This document shows, piece by piece, positions 53,246 through 62,723 of a stretch of DNA of 64,000 nucleotides. Origin of the DNA: a virus (Duplodnaviria; Caudoviricetes). Location: the IMG/VR virus record IMGVR_UViG_3300049332_000001, positions 1,762-65,761 of that record. One strand, given 5' to 3'. The translations under genes and the position numbers were made by a program. Within the stretch, counting starts at the first letter, position 1. Every line of letters begins with the position of its first letter. The notes below the pieces were generated by a model, which had not been told where the DNA came from, did no database searches, and saw only the letters and a program-made list of their open reading frames with translations.

Positions 53246-54133
53246 TTATTGATTGACATAGACGTGAAAGCAGCGGCACCAGTCGCCCCCGGCACATTCA
53301 GGATTCGGCGTAGGTTGTAAGTCGTCTTCATCATTCGCCGTCTTGCCATCTTCGTCCGCGCAAGGCTGACAAACGTTCTGGTCAAGCAGAGCTGAATACT
53401 CTACGCGCTCCCACTCGTCACGGCGGTTTTCCGCTTCGTCGCTGCGTCCAATGTTGATAACACGGTTAGCCAGCCCTGTAGCAGCACGGTCAATATAGCC
53501 GACTGAGCCAGTAGCAATCTCGCTGGTGACAGCAGCAATCAACGCTGCGCCCGTCAGCCCCAACAGCGAGTGGCGCGCAGTGGCAGCAATGATGCGCGAC
53601 TGTACGTCGTTGGTCACGCGACTGGTGGTGAGATCGGTGAGCAGGTCGAGGGAGTCAAAGTCGTCGGCGTCAGGCACGGCAGCCTTCCGACCCAACTCAG
53701 CGGCTACCAGCATGCGTCCCTGGCGATGCGCGTCGACAAGTTGCTTGCTTAGGTCTATGCGCGTTGCGTCAGGCACCTGCAATACCAATTCATGATAGTC
53801 AGCAGGCTTCACCTTACTGATGCGTTTCAGCCCGTCTGTGATTAGTTCGGCACGCAGGTCCATCAGCACCTTGCCAACGGACTCCTTAGCTGACTCCTGT
53901 GCCTGAGCAACGCCCTTGACGGCAATCTTCTCGTGTTCCTTGGGCTCGCGGCTAAGCGTTAGACCATCGTAGTCGAAGGACTTACGTTCCAGGTGGTTGA
54001 GGCCAAGGTGGGTGTAGAAGGCAGTTGCTTTATCAGGGCCATGTACGTCGATGGCGTGCTGCCAGAATGCAGCGTGACGAGCGGCAACCAGCGCGTCCAT
54101 GCGGAGTTTGAGGATCTTTTGCTGGAGGCTCAT
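53246..54133 (-). CDS. minor head protein (SPP1 gp7 / Mu gpF-like)
   Basis: follows portal; YSALLDQNVCQPC...PNPEC.GGDWCRC; likely start 54133. Confidence 0.75.
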   Translation of the reverse strand: MSLQQKILKLRMDALVAARHAAFWQHAIDVHGPDKATAFYTHLGLNHLERKSFDYDGLTLSREPKEHEKIAVKGVAQAQESAKESVGKVLMDLRAELITDGLKRISKVKPADYHELVLQVPDATRIDLSKQLVDAHRQGRMLVAAELGRKAAVPDADDFDSLDLLTDLTTSRVTNDVQSRIIAATARHSLLGLTGAALIAAVTSEIATGSVGYIDRAATGLANRVINIGRSDEAENRRDEWERVEYSALLDQNVCQPCADEDGKTANDEDDLQPTPNPECAGGDWCRCFHVYVNQ

Positions 54134-54224
54134 TTCGATGCTAGAATAATTAACCCGCGCCTGATTAGAAACGGCTGAAAGCGGCGAGCGGAAGCGAAAG
54201 CTAAATATCGTCGCGCCAACATTC

Positions 54225-55703
54225 TCACTCTCGCACCTCAAAGTTCTTCATCTGCGCTTCCAGCCCTTCAAACCAGCGTTCCAAGTCAGCAAACTTCGCC
54301 AGCGAGGCAGCGTCAATGGGCGTCACTGGTTTTGGCTCCTGTGAACCATCACCCATTGCGATAACCTGTTCAGGGCTGGTAGGAGTACTGAGCGATGGAA
54401 TGATTCTGTACTCGCCAAGTGGCTTGCCCACTGGCTTGAGCCCACATGCTGATAGCGCTTGGTCATAGGTGATTAATCCGGCGTTGAATTGCTGCACGGT
54501 ACGCTTAACCACCGCATCTTTATCCTCTTCCAACACTCGCACGTTGGAGGTATCGAACCAGAACTCAGCATCGTCAAGGTCGTCAAACTCGGGCTTCAGT
54601 TGCCAGTTGATCTCCTCGGCCCAGGTAGTTTGCAGTGGGATGATTACTTCCTCGTAGCCTTGCTGGCGGGCCTGTTCGCTGGAGGCATAGCTGGTGCCAT
54701 TTTGCAAGCCGACCAACAGGCCGAGTGTGGTAGCAGGAATCTGGAGGACCGCCGCTACACGTGACTCAGGGATGAGCCGCAGCATTGATAGATCAAGTTC
54801 CTTGGGACTAAACCCGACCTTCTCAAAGTCAATTGGCTCACTGAGCACGATGGGCTCACCTGCACGGTCGCCTGTGGTCTTGCGCAGCCAGCCTTCCTTC
54901 ATGGCAGCGGCCTTGGTGGCGTCAACCCTGACTTCCTTGTCCTTGGGCGATATCACAGGCACCTGAATGCCCATATTGCGCATGATAGCGGCAGTGAACT
55001 GGGCCATCTTGTCGTCGCCGTACAGTTCCTTGACAAGGGGCTCAAGCGGACTACGCGTGCGCCGGTTTTCCATTAGCGGGCCACGCTTCAGGTGCAGCAC
55101 GTCGGCGGCAGGCCATAGCTCAGGCGCCTTGCCGGGCACGTCAAACTGATAGTGGCTGATGAATGGGTCCAGGTTGCGTGCTGCGGGAACTGGAGGCGAG
55201 CCATTATCGCCGGGCCAGCGCGGCCGTATCAGGTAGTGGGGAATGTGCCAGAGTTCGACTACCTGCCCGGTGATGCTGCGCACCTTTTTGAAGCGCACGC
55301 CACCGTCAACCCACCAATCGACTGAGGCAGCATGCGAGTAATTGGCCCAGACGTGATGCTTGTTGGGGCGGCGGATGAGTTGAGCAAGGGGATGCAGCGG
55401 GTCGATGGCAACGTCGCCTGCTTTGTTCGTGCGGCGGATTACAGGTCGGGCTTCGGGCAGCCGCGTGCCGGTGTAGTTGAACACGCAGGCAACCAGCGAG
55501 TGACCGTCAAGTGCTCCTACCTCACGACGATAGTCAACTGCTGAGGTTGGGCCTCGGTGGCGAAAGCGGTAATCGATGAAGTTTTCGTAAGTGGCGGCTG
55601 CTGACGAGAAGTCGGGGGGTGCAGTGGCAGCGGCTTTCTGCTCGCGAGGTAACAGTGCGCGATAGGCGGTTGTGACACGCTTGATTAGATTGAATTCAGC
55701 CAT
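54225..55703 (-). CDS. portal protein, HK97 family
   Basis: DWWVDG, LWHIP, DVLHLK, SPLEPL, RVAAVLQIP..LG, YASSEQ; likely start 55703. Confidence 0.9.
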   Translation of the reverse strand: MAEFNLIKRVTTAYRALLPREQKAAATAPPDFSSAAATYENFIDYRFRHRGPTSAVDYRREVGALDGHSLVACVFNYTGTRLPEARPVIRRTNKAGDVAIDPLHPLAQLIRRPNKHHVWANYSHAASVDWWVDGGVRFKKVRSITGQVVELWHIPHYLIRPRWPGDNGSPPVPAARNLDPFISHYQFDVPGKAPELWPAADVLHLKRGPLMENRRTRSPLEPLVKELYGDDKMAQFTAAIMRNMGIQVPVISPKDKEVRVDATKAAAMKEGWLRKTTGDRAGEPIVLSEPIDFEKVGFSPKELDLSMLRLIPESRVAAVLQIPATTLGLLVGLQNGTSYASSEQARQQGYEEVIIPLQTTWAEEINWQLKPEFDDLDDAEFWFDTSNVRVLEEDKDAVVKRTVQQFNAGLITYDQALSACGLKPVGKPLGEYRIIPSLSTPTSPEQVIAMGDGSQEPKPVTPIDAASLAKFADLERWFEGLEAQMKNFEVRE

Positions 55704-55710
55704 TGAGGCT

Positions 55711-55824
55711 TCACTTCTTTCTGTCCAGGTGGCGGTCAAGCCAATAATAGAAAGCAACCAGACTTCCGACAATCATAGCGAGTCCAATAGCAGTAAGAAC
55801 GATGCTCCCGACAATCATAGCCAC
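55711..55824 (-). CDS. small membrane peptide between terL and portal
   Basis: hand translation MAMIVGSIVLTAIGLAMIVGSLVAFYYWLDRHLDRKK. Confidence 0.55.
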   Translation of the reverse strand: MAMIVGSIVLTAIGLAMIVGSLVAFYYWLDRHLDRKK

Positions 55825-57306
55825 TTAGTACATCTCCAGTTCACGGTTGTTGGCTAGCTTTGAGAATGCACCACTTGTCGCGTCTACCTGGTCATCATTA
55901 GCACCATGCGGAAAAGCAGCCAGTTCGTTGCGGAAGCTTATGTTCCATGCACCTTTCATGATGCGTACGTTTTTCGCTTCACACTGGCTGGCAAACGGAT
56001 CGGCGCGAGTCTCCTTGTCGTTCTTCGCCATCTCAGTATGAACGCTAAATCCCGCCATGTCACGAACAATGTTTGCAATAACTTCCACGGCCAAACCCGG
56101 CACCTTCTCGATCCATGTGGGAATCACGCCATAAGTATCAAAGTCCGACTGCGCTGTGTCACGCATCTTCTGATTACGATCTCGTGGCGACCATTGCCCA
56201 CGCTGTACGTCCTCAACGTAATAGAAGCCGCCATGCTCCGCCATCAGGCAACCGACTGAGTAATCCGCCTTTGTGCTGTCGCTGCCGCCAAGATCCCAGT
56301 AGCGTACGCGGCGAGCCTCAACAGGCACGGCGGTAACTTCGTGCGCCAAGTCTGCCAACTTGAACAATCCGCCCTCCCGCGGTGCCGGTCGTTGCCGATA
56401 CAGCGCGTTCCAGTAATATGGACCAATACGTTTTTCAATCTTCCGCAGTTTCTCTATTGGGTAGCGCTCAGGACATAGCGCTTCGCCGACTTTGCGCTCA
56501 TCAGGCTCCAGCGTGCATGTTGGTGGAACCTCTAGTAACTCAGCTTCCTTGACGGCTTCGAGACACACAATATGCCAGTGTTCTGGTTCCTCGTCTGCCT
56601 CTTGCGCCAACAACCAGCCAGCAAGGTCTAGTTGGTTCCAGCGAGTCATTTGCAGCACGATTGCGCCGTTGGGCTCCTCGCGCGTATAGAACGTCGATGG
56701 ATACCAGTCCTGGTGCTCTTTCTGGATCGCGTCTGAAAGCGCATCCTTGGCGTTCTTGAGTGGATCGTCAATGATGCCTAGATGGAATCCCTTGCCGGTA
56801 ATTGGGCCACCTACACCTGCCGACCATAGTCCGCCATTCTGAGTCGTCTCCCAGTGTTTTACCGCTCGTGCCGACTCGCGCATCATGCTGCCACTGCTGA
56901 GAAAGTTGTCACGCGAGTTGCGCGAAAGAGTGTAGGCAAGCTCAGCTGCGTACGAGTTAATGCCTGTCCAACGCTCAGGGAAAAGACTGAGATAGTAAGC
57001 TGAAAACAAGCGTGAGAGCAGCTCAGATTTACCGTGACGTGGCGGCGCAAAGATCATCACTCGGCTGAGTTCGCCAAGCGCAACGCGAATTAGCACGCGA
57101 GCAATCTTGATGCAATGTGGATACCACTTGAAACGAGGGTTGGCAACGGCGACGAAGGACTGGAAAGATTTTAGGCTAGGCTTCGATTTGCCGAGTTGGA
57201 AGTTGGCTACCGGCAACCGCTTCGAGAAGTCGAATTGTCTTGTCTGCCATGACCCCGTGCAGGGTTGCCATTTCACTGGCAGGCTGTTTCGTAACGTAAG
57301 ACTCAT
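55825..57306 (-). CDS. terL: terminase large subunit
   Basis: APPRHGKS (Walker A), IIDDPLK (Walker B), RYWDLG, DYSVG, DDQVDA; true start may be near 57216. Confidence 0.95.
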   Translation of the reverse strand: MSLTLRNSLPVKWQPCTGSWQTRQFDFSKRLPVANFQLGKSKPSLKSFQSFVAVANPRFKWYPHCIKIARVLIRVALGELSRVMIFAPPRHGKSELLSRLFSAYYLSLFPERWTGINSYAAELAYTLSRNSRDNFLSSGSMMRESARAVKHWETTQNGGLWSAGVGGPITGKGFHLGIIDDPLKNAKDALSDAIQKEHQDWYPSTFYTREEPNGAIVLQMTRWNQLDLAGWLLAQEADEEPEHWHIVCLEAVKEAELLEVPPTCTLEPDERKVGEALCPERYPIEKLRKIEKRIGPYYWNALYRQRPAPREGGLFKLADLAHEVTAVPVEARRVRYWDLGGSDSTKADYSVGCLMAEHGGFYYVEDVQRGQWSPRDRNQKMRDTAQSDFDTYGVIPTWIEKVPGLAVEVIANIVRDMAGFSVHTEMAKNDKETRADPFASQCEAKNVRIMKGAWNISFRNELAAFPHGANDDQVDATSGAFSKLANNRELEMY

Positions 57307-57547
57307 CGCGCAACAGTTTGGACTGCGCTCGTAAAGTCGTCAAGTTTTCCTGCAAATAGTCAAACACCAAGTCGTCTAAACGCTGGCCTTTTCTAGCGTT
57401 AATTTCCGCTATTTGCTCAGGTGTTAAGGTGCGCTTCCAGTTGCGAATTGACGACTCCGGTAAGCCTAAATCACGCGCCACTTCCATTACGCCCGCGCCA
57501 AGCAGGAGTGCCGCTATTGCTCGCGCTCGCTTGGTTTCAGGGTGCAT
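57176..57547 (-). CDS. terS: terminase small subunit (HTH)
   Basis: N-terminal HTH VMEVARDLGLPESSIRNWK; directly upstream of terL. Confidence 0.7.
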   Translation of the reverse strand: MHPETKRARAIAALLLGAGVMEVARDLGLPESSIRNWKRTLTPEQIAEINARKGQRLDDLVFDYLQENLTTLRAQSKLLRDESYVTKQPASEMATLHGVMADKTIRLLEAVAGSQLPTRQIEA

Positions 57548-57553
57548 GTACAG

Positions 57554-57766
57554 CTACTCCCGCCCTGCTGACTTACGCGGCTTCCGCCCGGCTCTCTGCA
57601 TATTTGGATTGACCTCGAACTTGGCTAAATCACCCAGTCGGATGCGCACTGCGCTGACTCGCGTGTTGACTGTCTTTAGCTTACCCGCGTCAATTGCGGC
57701 ATAGATTGCCTGCCGTGAGACGCCCTTGAGCTCCGCTGCCTCTGTGATTGTAACCAACTCGCTCAT
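57554..57766 (-). CDS. excisionase-like HTH DNA-binding protein
   Basis: VTITEAAELKGVSRQAIYAAIDAGKL. Confidence 0.8.
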   Translation of the reverse strand: MSELVTITEAAELKGVSRQAIYAAIDAGKLKTVNTRVSAVRIRLGDLAKFEVNPNMQRAGRKPRKSAGRE

Positions 57767-57772
57767 CGTTGA

Positions 57773-57781
57773 ACAATACCA
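57773..57781 (-). promoter_or_regulatory. extended -10 promoter at the head of the late operon
   Basis: TGGTATTGT, 6 nt before ATG 57766. Confidence 0.5.
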
Positions 57782-57963
57782 ACCTTTACTTCATTAAAAA
57801 CTTCTCGAGTAGTAAACCTATATTCAGGAAGGGTTTAAGTCATGCGACACCGCCGTTTTTCTCGAGTACGATCCGTCAACTTTAACCACAACTCACTCAT
57901 TGACGAGCATGCTAGCGCCTGAGAATAAAATAGTCAAGGGTAAATTATTTGCTGAATAAACGC

Positions 57964-57992
57964 TTGACACGCGTAAATAATTAGCGTAGGAT
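57964..57992 (+). promoter_or_regulatory. sigma70-type promoter
   Basis: TTGACA-17-TAGGAT, 9 nt before ATG 58002. Confidence 0.7.
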
Positions 57993-58001
57993 GGATTCAC
58001 T

Positions 58002-58190
58002 ATGACGCACACGAATATAACAACTGATGTAGCTTCTGAGCGCTTACCGGAGTGCCCACCTGATTGCTTAAACACAGAGACAGGCAACTGTCCACGTTGT
58101 TACGAGTTTACGGGTGACGGTTGTGCGCATGGTCCAGTTTGCGAGAACTGTCAAGGCGATTTGAAGGGTCGAGATGATGGCAAAAGTTGA
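58002..58190 (+). CDS. small Cys-rich hypothetical protein
   Basis: CPPDC...CPRC...C..C. Confidence 0.55.
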   Translation: MTHTNITTDVASERLPECPPDCLNTETGNCPRCYEFTGDGCAHGPVCENCQGDLKGRDDGKS

Positions 58191-58410
58191 AATCACTTAT
58201 GAACTGGCAATGGCTGCCGCGCGAGACGCAGGCAATCGCTCCATGCGAGAGGGGCGACGAACGAAGTGGGCGGTCAAGGACTGGAATGTGGCCTGTGAGA
58301 CGTTTGCGCGGTTGTATGGCACTCCTAAGGCTACGCCAGTGGGTGAAAACGTCACTGAGCGCGATTGCGCGAGCGTAGCGGGCATCAGGGAGGACGACCG
58401 CAATGGCTAA
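58174..58410 (+). CDS. hypothetical protein
   Basis: AMAAARDAGNRSMR...W motif. Confidence 0.6.
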   Translation: MMAKVEITYELAMAAARDAGNRSMREGRRTKWAVKDWNVACETFARLYGTPKATPVGENVTERDCASVAGIREDDRNG

Positions 58411-58804
58411 GTTTGACAGTTTACAAGACCATGAGTTTAGACGCGACGAATGGGCAGCAAGAGAACAGGGTGAAGTGAACACGCAACCCACGCTGGACGC
58501 TGGCGGGGAGTGGCGCGTTGACGGTATTCCATCAGGTACAGTTGCACGGTATGTGACGGATGCAACAGGTAACTACGGCATTGCGTTCGTTTACGGTAAT
58601 ACTCAAGAGGAAGCGGATCAACATGCCACACAAATCGTCGCCGAGCACAATGCTGTGGGGTTGCTGGTAGCGGCATTGGGACAGGCTGCTGAGCAGATAG
58701 TGTTTCTGGAACAAGCCCTTGAGGAGGTTCACGGCACACGCAAGCCAAACGAGACATTGATACAAATCAACGCCGTACTTGCTGCCGCCGGGAGACGGTC
58801 GTGA
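58403..58804 (+). CDS. hypothetical protein
   Basis: SD AGGAG. Confidence 0.6.
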   Translation: MAKFDSLQDHEFRRDEWAAREQGEVNTQPTLDAGGEWRVDGIPSGTVARYVTDATGNYGIAFVYGNTQEEADQHATQIVAEHNAVGLLVAALGQAAEQIVFLEQALEEVHGTRKPNETLIQINAVLAAAGRRS

Positions 58805-59049
58805 GCACCGACGACAACGATCTCAATCGACGCTATGCGGTACTGTGCGCGGTTATCAAAACCAGAACCAACCAAATTAAGCGACTACAGGCTGAGCTCG
58901 ACAACCTGCATGCTGAGGCTGACGAACTGGAGGATCAAATCGTGAAACGAGAAGAGCGCAAGTACTGCGCCCACTGCTCCTGCTCGCTTACCAGCACGGA
59001 TTGTGAGGCTGGGCGCTGTACGCAGTGTAATACTCCTATTACTACCTAA
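58801..59049 (+). CDS. hypothetical coiled-coil / Zn-ribbon protein
   Basis: CAHC...CTQC. Confidence 0.55.
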   Translation: MSTDDNDLNRRYAVLCAVIKTRTNQIKRLQAELDNLHAEADELEDQIVKREERKYCAHCSCSLTSTDCEAGRCTQCNTPITT

Positions 59050-59105
59050 TATCCAGCCAGTTTTAGTGCTATTAAACCGTGAAATCATAGGCCAAACCCC
59101 CCTCT

Positions 59106-59341
59106 CGGACAGTTTTCAGTAAAATACTGTCCGCCGTAAACCTAATAGTCACATGCAGATACCCTAGGTCGGACAGAATAGGGGTAGGGTCAAATCGCTC
59201 CTCCATGCGCATGCGCGCGCGTATAGGAACTTTCATATTACCTGTCCAACCTGTCCGAGAAGTATATTAACCAATGAAAACGGGCCTTTGAACCGGACAT
59301 TTTGCCAAAAACAACTGTCCGGCATCTGTCCGAACTGTCCG
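59106..59341. repeat. iteron-like cluster, putative replication origin
   Basis: 9 copies of CTGTCCG/CGGACAG (7 exact, 2 single-mismatch) in both orientations within 236 bp. Confidence 0.7.
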
Positions 59342-59350
59342 TTGAACACG

Positions 59351-60655
59351 TTAAAGAGGTTTGAATCCCTCATACCATGAGCCGTCTGAGCGGCGATAGC
59401 GGAAGCCAAGGCGCTCAAGTTCATCCTTAAGCTTCCTTGTGGTTAGCGTGTAACGGTAGCCGTTTGCCGAGCACCAGCTGAAGTAGGCGCTGTGAACTTC
59501 GGCGGTTTGCTCGCGATGCTCGACTGCCTTTTGGTAACGATCCTCAAGGAACAATGCAACATGGTCGTTATCTTTGTGAAACTCCTGCGATGCAATACGC
59601 ACGGAGAGTGGTACGTCAAAATGACCGCGCTCGCGTAAACGGCGCAGCCCTGTCAAAAAGACATTAACCATTGCTTGCCCGTTGGCGATGATTTCCTGTT
59701 TGATTTGCGGCTGAATCTCCACGTCCAAGGGCGGCAGTTTTACGATGTCAGTGCGGCGGAATATCCCGTTGTCGGCATCGTGAATGTAGGGTAGATGGTT
59801 CATTGCGCACAGCAACTTACAGCGTGGCGTCAGGTCATATCCAGGCTGGCCCTTTTGCTCAACCCGTACCGCTTCGCCGCTAATGATACGATTGATAACT
59901 GTGGTACAATAAGCATTCTTGACAGGCGGGGCTTCTGAGGCGATAGCAAGCGTCTTGCCTGCGAGGTTTACCAAACCAAAGCGATTACTGATGTCTGCCG
60001 GTGATAGCGTTACCCATCGCTGCGGACCTAAGGCTGCCTGTACTGCTTCGATAAACGTACCCTTGCCACAGTTTGGAGGCCCGACCAGCCAGACGGACTT
60101 TTCAAACCTTGTGTCTGTGGTCAGGCATAAACCGCCAAACTCTTCGGTAAACATGCGCACTTCGGCGTCAATGCGTTCGCCCCATTTAGCCCACGCGTCT
60201 GACCTAGCCGCAGGGTCGTAATTGAATGGAAGCTTACTGGTCGCGTAGTACTTTGGCGAATGCGGCAGGCGTTGAAACGTGTTCAGGTCTAAAACACAGT
60301 CGTTAAACAGCAGCACGTCTGGGTTGTTGTCAAACCGTTCGTCAGGCACCGCACGATAGTCACGCACGAGATCTGAAACACTGGCAATGGCTGCCGACGT
60401 CACCTGAAAGTGCTTGTCATCTTCCGCCAGCGATGCGATTTCTTTGCGAATCCGCAACCCCGGCACCTCGAGGAACACGCCATCTTTGTAGCGAAAGAAG
60501 CGACCCTGCCCATAAACTACAGTCTTATGTGCCTGTAGATAGCGGTTGCGCATCCACAAGTGCGGTGAGAACGCCTTGATCTCCGAGGACGCGTCAGTGG
60601 CGAGCGGGGAGTTGCCAGCCTTGCCCTTACCGGGTTTAGGGGATTTTCCTGCCAT
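59351..60655 (-). CDS. D5-like / P4-family SF3 helicase (primase domain absent)
   Basis: PDVLLFNDCVLDL, YYATSKLPFNY, GPPNCGKGT, NLAGKTLAIASE, IISGE.V.VE.K, NHLP. Confidence 0.9.
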   Translation of the reverse strand: MAGKSPKPGKGKAGNSPLATDASSEIKAFSPHLWMRNRYLQAHKTVVYGQGRFFRYKDGVFLEVPGLRIRKEIASLAEDDKHFQVTSAAIASVSDLVRDYRAVPDERFDNNPDVLLFNDCVLDLNTFQRLPHSPKYYATSKLPFNYDPAARSDAWAKWGERIDAEVRMFTEEFGGLCLTTDTRFEKSVWLVGPPNCGKGTFIEAVQAALGPQRWVTLSPADISNRFGLVNLAGKTLAIASEAPPVKNAYCTTVINRIISGEAVRVEQKGQPGYDLTPRCKLLCAMNHLPYIHDADNGIFRRTDIVKLPPLDVEIQPQIKQEIIANGQAMVNVFLTGLRRLRERGHFDVPLSVRIASQEFHKDNDHVALFLEDRYQKAVEHREQTAEVHSAYFSWCSANGYRYTLTTRKLKDELERLGFRYRRSDGSWYEGFKPL

Positions 60656-60667
60656 GTGTGGCGAGTG

Positions 60668-60865
60668 CTACTTGTGACCGTTGCCGTTGGACTGCTTGCT
60701 GCGTTCTTCAGCCCTGATTTCCGCTTTAATCTGCAAGATTTGCTCACGAGATAACACAGGACGATCAGCAATGATTGTTGGCCTGTATCGTGGTAAGTAT
60801 TTCCGATACAACCATGCCCTGCTGATGCCGATACGATTGGCGGATTCTGTCAGGCTAAAGAACAT
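60668..60865 (-). CDS. small HTH DNA-binding protein
   Basis: FSLTESANRIGISRAWLYR. Confidence 0.7.
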   Translation of the reverse strand: MFFSLTESANRIGISRAWLYRKYLPRYRPTIIADRPVLSREQILQIKAEIRAEERSKQSNGNGHK

Positions 60866-60873
60866 TGCCGCTC

Positions 60874-60882
60874 AGGTTAGCA
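60874..60882 (-). promoter_or_regulatory. extended -10 promoter
   Basis: TGCTAACCT, 8 nt before ATG 60865. Confidence 0.5.
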
Positions 60883-60939
60883 CAACAGTCTACGGCTTGT
60901 ATACGGTCAAATTGACATTGCGAGCGATGAAAATAGTCC

Positions 60940-60967
60940 TTGCTATTTCGTAGACAGGTTGTATACT
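60940..60967 (+). promoter_or_regulatory. sigma70-type promoter
   Basis: TTGCTA-16-TATACT, 10 nt before ATG 60978. Confidence 0.5.
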
Positions 60968-61060
60968 ACGCGTCGTCATGAGGCAAATTAAGATATTCAG
61001 CGACAACGGCACGCGTAGACTTCAGGATACGTTCAACTGTCCAATCAGGACGGCAACGCG

Positions 61061-61204
61061 ATGTCAATTATCGCTAGAGTACGCAGGGCGCTAAGGCGGG
61101 CAGACGTGCCGAACGATGAGGTTGAACAGTTCTCTAGAGAGGCCATGAGCGGCGATTACGATAACGTGCTACAGACCGCAATGAAGTGGGTTGACGTCAG
61201 TTAA
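61061..61204 (+). CDS. small phage protein of the 'VQL..QDGNA...SGDYD' type, apparently frameshifted at its 5' end
   Basis: frame reads YVQLSNQDGNAMSIIARVRRALRRA...AMSGDYDNVLQTAMKWVDVS but has an in-frame TAG just upstream. Confidence 0.55.
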   Translation: MSIIARVRRALRRADVPNDEVEQFSREAMSGDYDNVLQTAMKWVDVS

Positions 61205-61242
61205 GACTTGGCGCTCAGCTTGAAACGAGGGAGAGAGACGCA

Positions 61243-61473
61243 ATGGCAACGATAACTTTCAACGAAGTCGCGATTCACGGTATGAAGTCGGTTAAGTGTG
61301 CTGGCGGCTGCGGTCGGACGCTGAAACGCTCGCGTAAGTTCTGGCAGACGCTTAGCCCGTTCAATAAGAAAGCGTCCGGCGAACTGAAAAGCAGGGACGA
61401 GATTTACGAGGAACTGACGGCAGAGCGTAAGGCGTGGATCGCGGAGTCTGAAACGTGTAAACATTGCGGCTGA
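61243..61473 (+). CDS. small Zn-binding protein
   Basis: CAGGC...CKHC; SD GAGGGAG. Confidence 0.6.
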   Translation: MATITFNEVAIHGMKSVKCAGGCGRTLKRSRKFWQTLSPFNKKASGELKSRDEIYEELTAERKAWIAESETCKHCG

Positions 61474-61920
61474 GGGAGAGAGAACAATCGGTCGCATGTA
61501 TCTGACCATCACATAACCTTAAAACGGGAGGGATGGGAGCGATGAATCGTAACGCAACAATTCGACTTACAGCAAAAGATAAGGCGGCTGCAAGGGCAGC
61601 AACGTTAGGCACTCACGGCACGATTCAGCGTGACGGCACTCTTTGAATCATTATGACCGTGGTGCGGTCGCACTACAATGGAAAACCGGCAACGCGAGAG
61701 AGGATTTATGCCACTGGAAACGCTATCGCAGAGTGGGTCGGACTGAACAGTTGGATCGACATCCCGCTGATGCAATACCCAGAGCGTGTAGCCGAGTTTC
61801 ACCAAATGATTCAGAGCGCTGATTAATTCTTATGCTCACAAGGGAAAAAACAATGGCTGACAACAACAAAGTTCAATGCGCCGACTGCTGGCAGTGGATT
61901 AAGCGTGACGAGAATCACAC

Positions 61921-62349
61921 ATGCAAACAGCAGGTGCGGCGCAATCAACGGCAGGCGAGGGAGCGGAAATCATGTTGACTGACAAAGAGCGAGCCGCGCT
62001 ACTTAGCAGCGTCATTGACCGCGCCCGCGCGGACCTGAACGACGGTAAGCCGTTGACGGAGATGCAGCGTGAGGCTGACAGCACTACACATGCTGATGCG
62101 GCAGTTAATGCGACCAACGTCAACTTTGGGCTCGAGCATCCACCGTTGCGATCACTCACCGAAGCCGCCGAGGACGCTTTCAATGCCGCATGGGCTCAGT
62201 CGCCGCCATCAATGCGCAACTACGTTGAGCGTGACGTCGCACAGTTCTTTTACCTGACGGGGCAGCGTGACGGATGCGCTACAGCAACGGAGATCCTTAA
62301 CGGGGACTGGCGGGAGATGGAACGATTAGCAAAGGGGCAGCAACAATGA
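61921..62349 (+). CDS. hypothetical protein
   Basis: likely start at MLTDKER. Confidence 0.5.
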   Translation: MQTAGAAQSTAGEGAEIMLTDKERAALLSSVIDRARADLNDGKPLTEMQREADSTTHADAAVNATNVNFGLEHPPLRSLTEAAEDAFNAAWAQSPPSMRNYVERDVAQFFYLTGQRDGCATATEILNGDWREMERLAKGQQQ

Positions 62350-62723
62350 AGCGTAACCGACGATTACTATTGAAAACGGCGAAGCGGATTGAGGAAGTGC
62401 CGGAGAGCTACAATCAATGTGAGTGGGTAGCTGAAAGTAGTAGCTCCCCATGCGGCACTGTTGCTTGTTTAGCCGGTGAGATCGTTATTTGTTCTGAGCG
62501 TACGGTTAAAAAGGGAATAGAAAAGCTTTACAACACATTTAGCGTCGCTGGAAAAGCAAGGGAAGCAGCAGGCTTGGGGTACGGCGAAAGTGAGCGGTTG
62601 TTTTACAGTCCCAAGGATTGGCCTAACGGTATTGGTAAGAACTTCAGGCGGAAGAGTAAGACTGAGAAGGCTAAGGCGGCAGCAACACTGCTTCGCTATC
62701 TAGCCGATGGTGGTGAAGTATGA
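62346..62723 (+). CDS. hypothetical phage protein
   Basis: W...CGTVACLAG motif. Confidence 0.6.
   Translation: MKRNRRLLLKTAKRIEEVPESYNQCEWVAESSSSPCGTVACLAGEIVICSERTVKKGIEKLYNTFSVAGKAREAAGLGYGESERLFYSPKDWPNGIGKNFRRKSKTEKAKAAATLLRYLADGGEV

Noticed and set aside
57802-57868. 10-bp direct repeat TTCTCGAGTA (57802, 57859) as a pac/cos site
   Set aside because: The position upstream of terS is suggestive, but two 10-mers are insufficient and genome ends cannot be seen.
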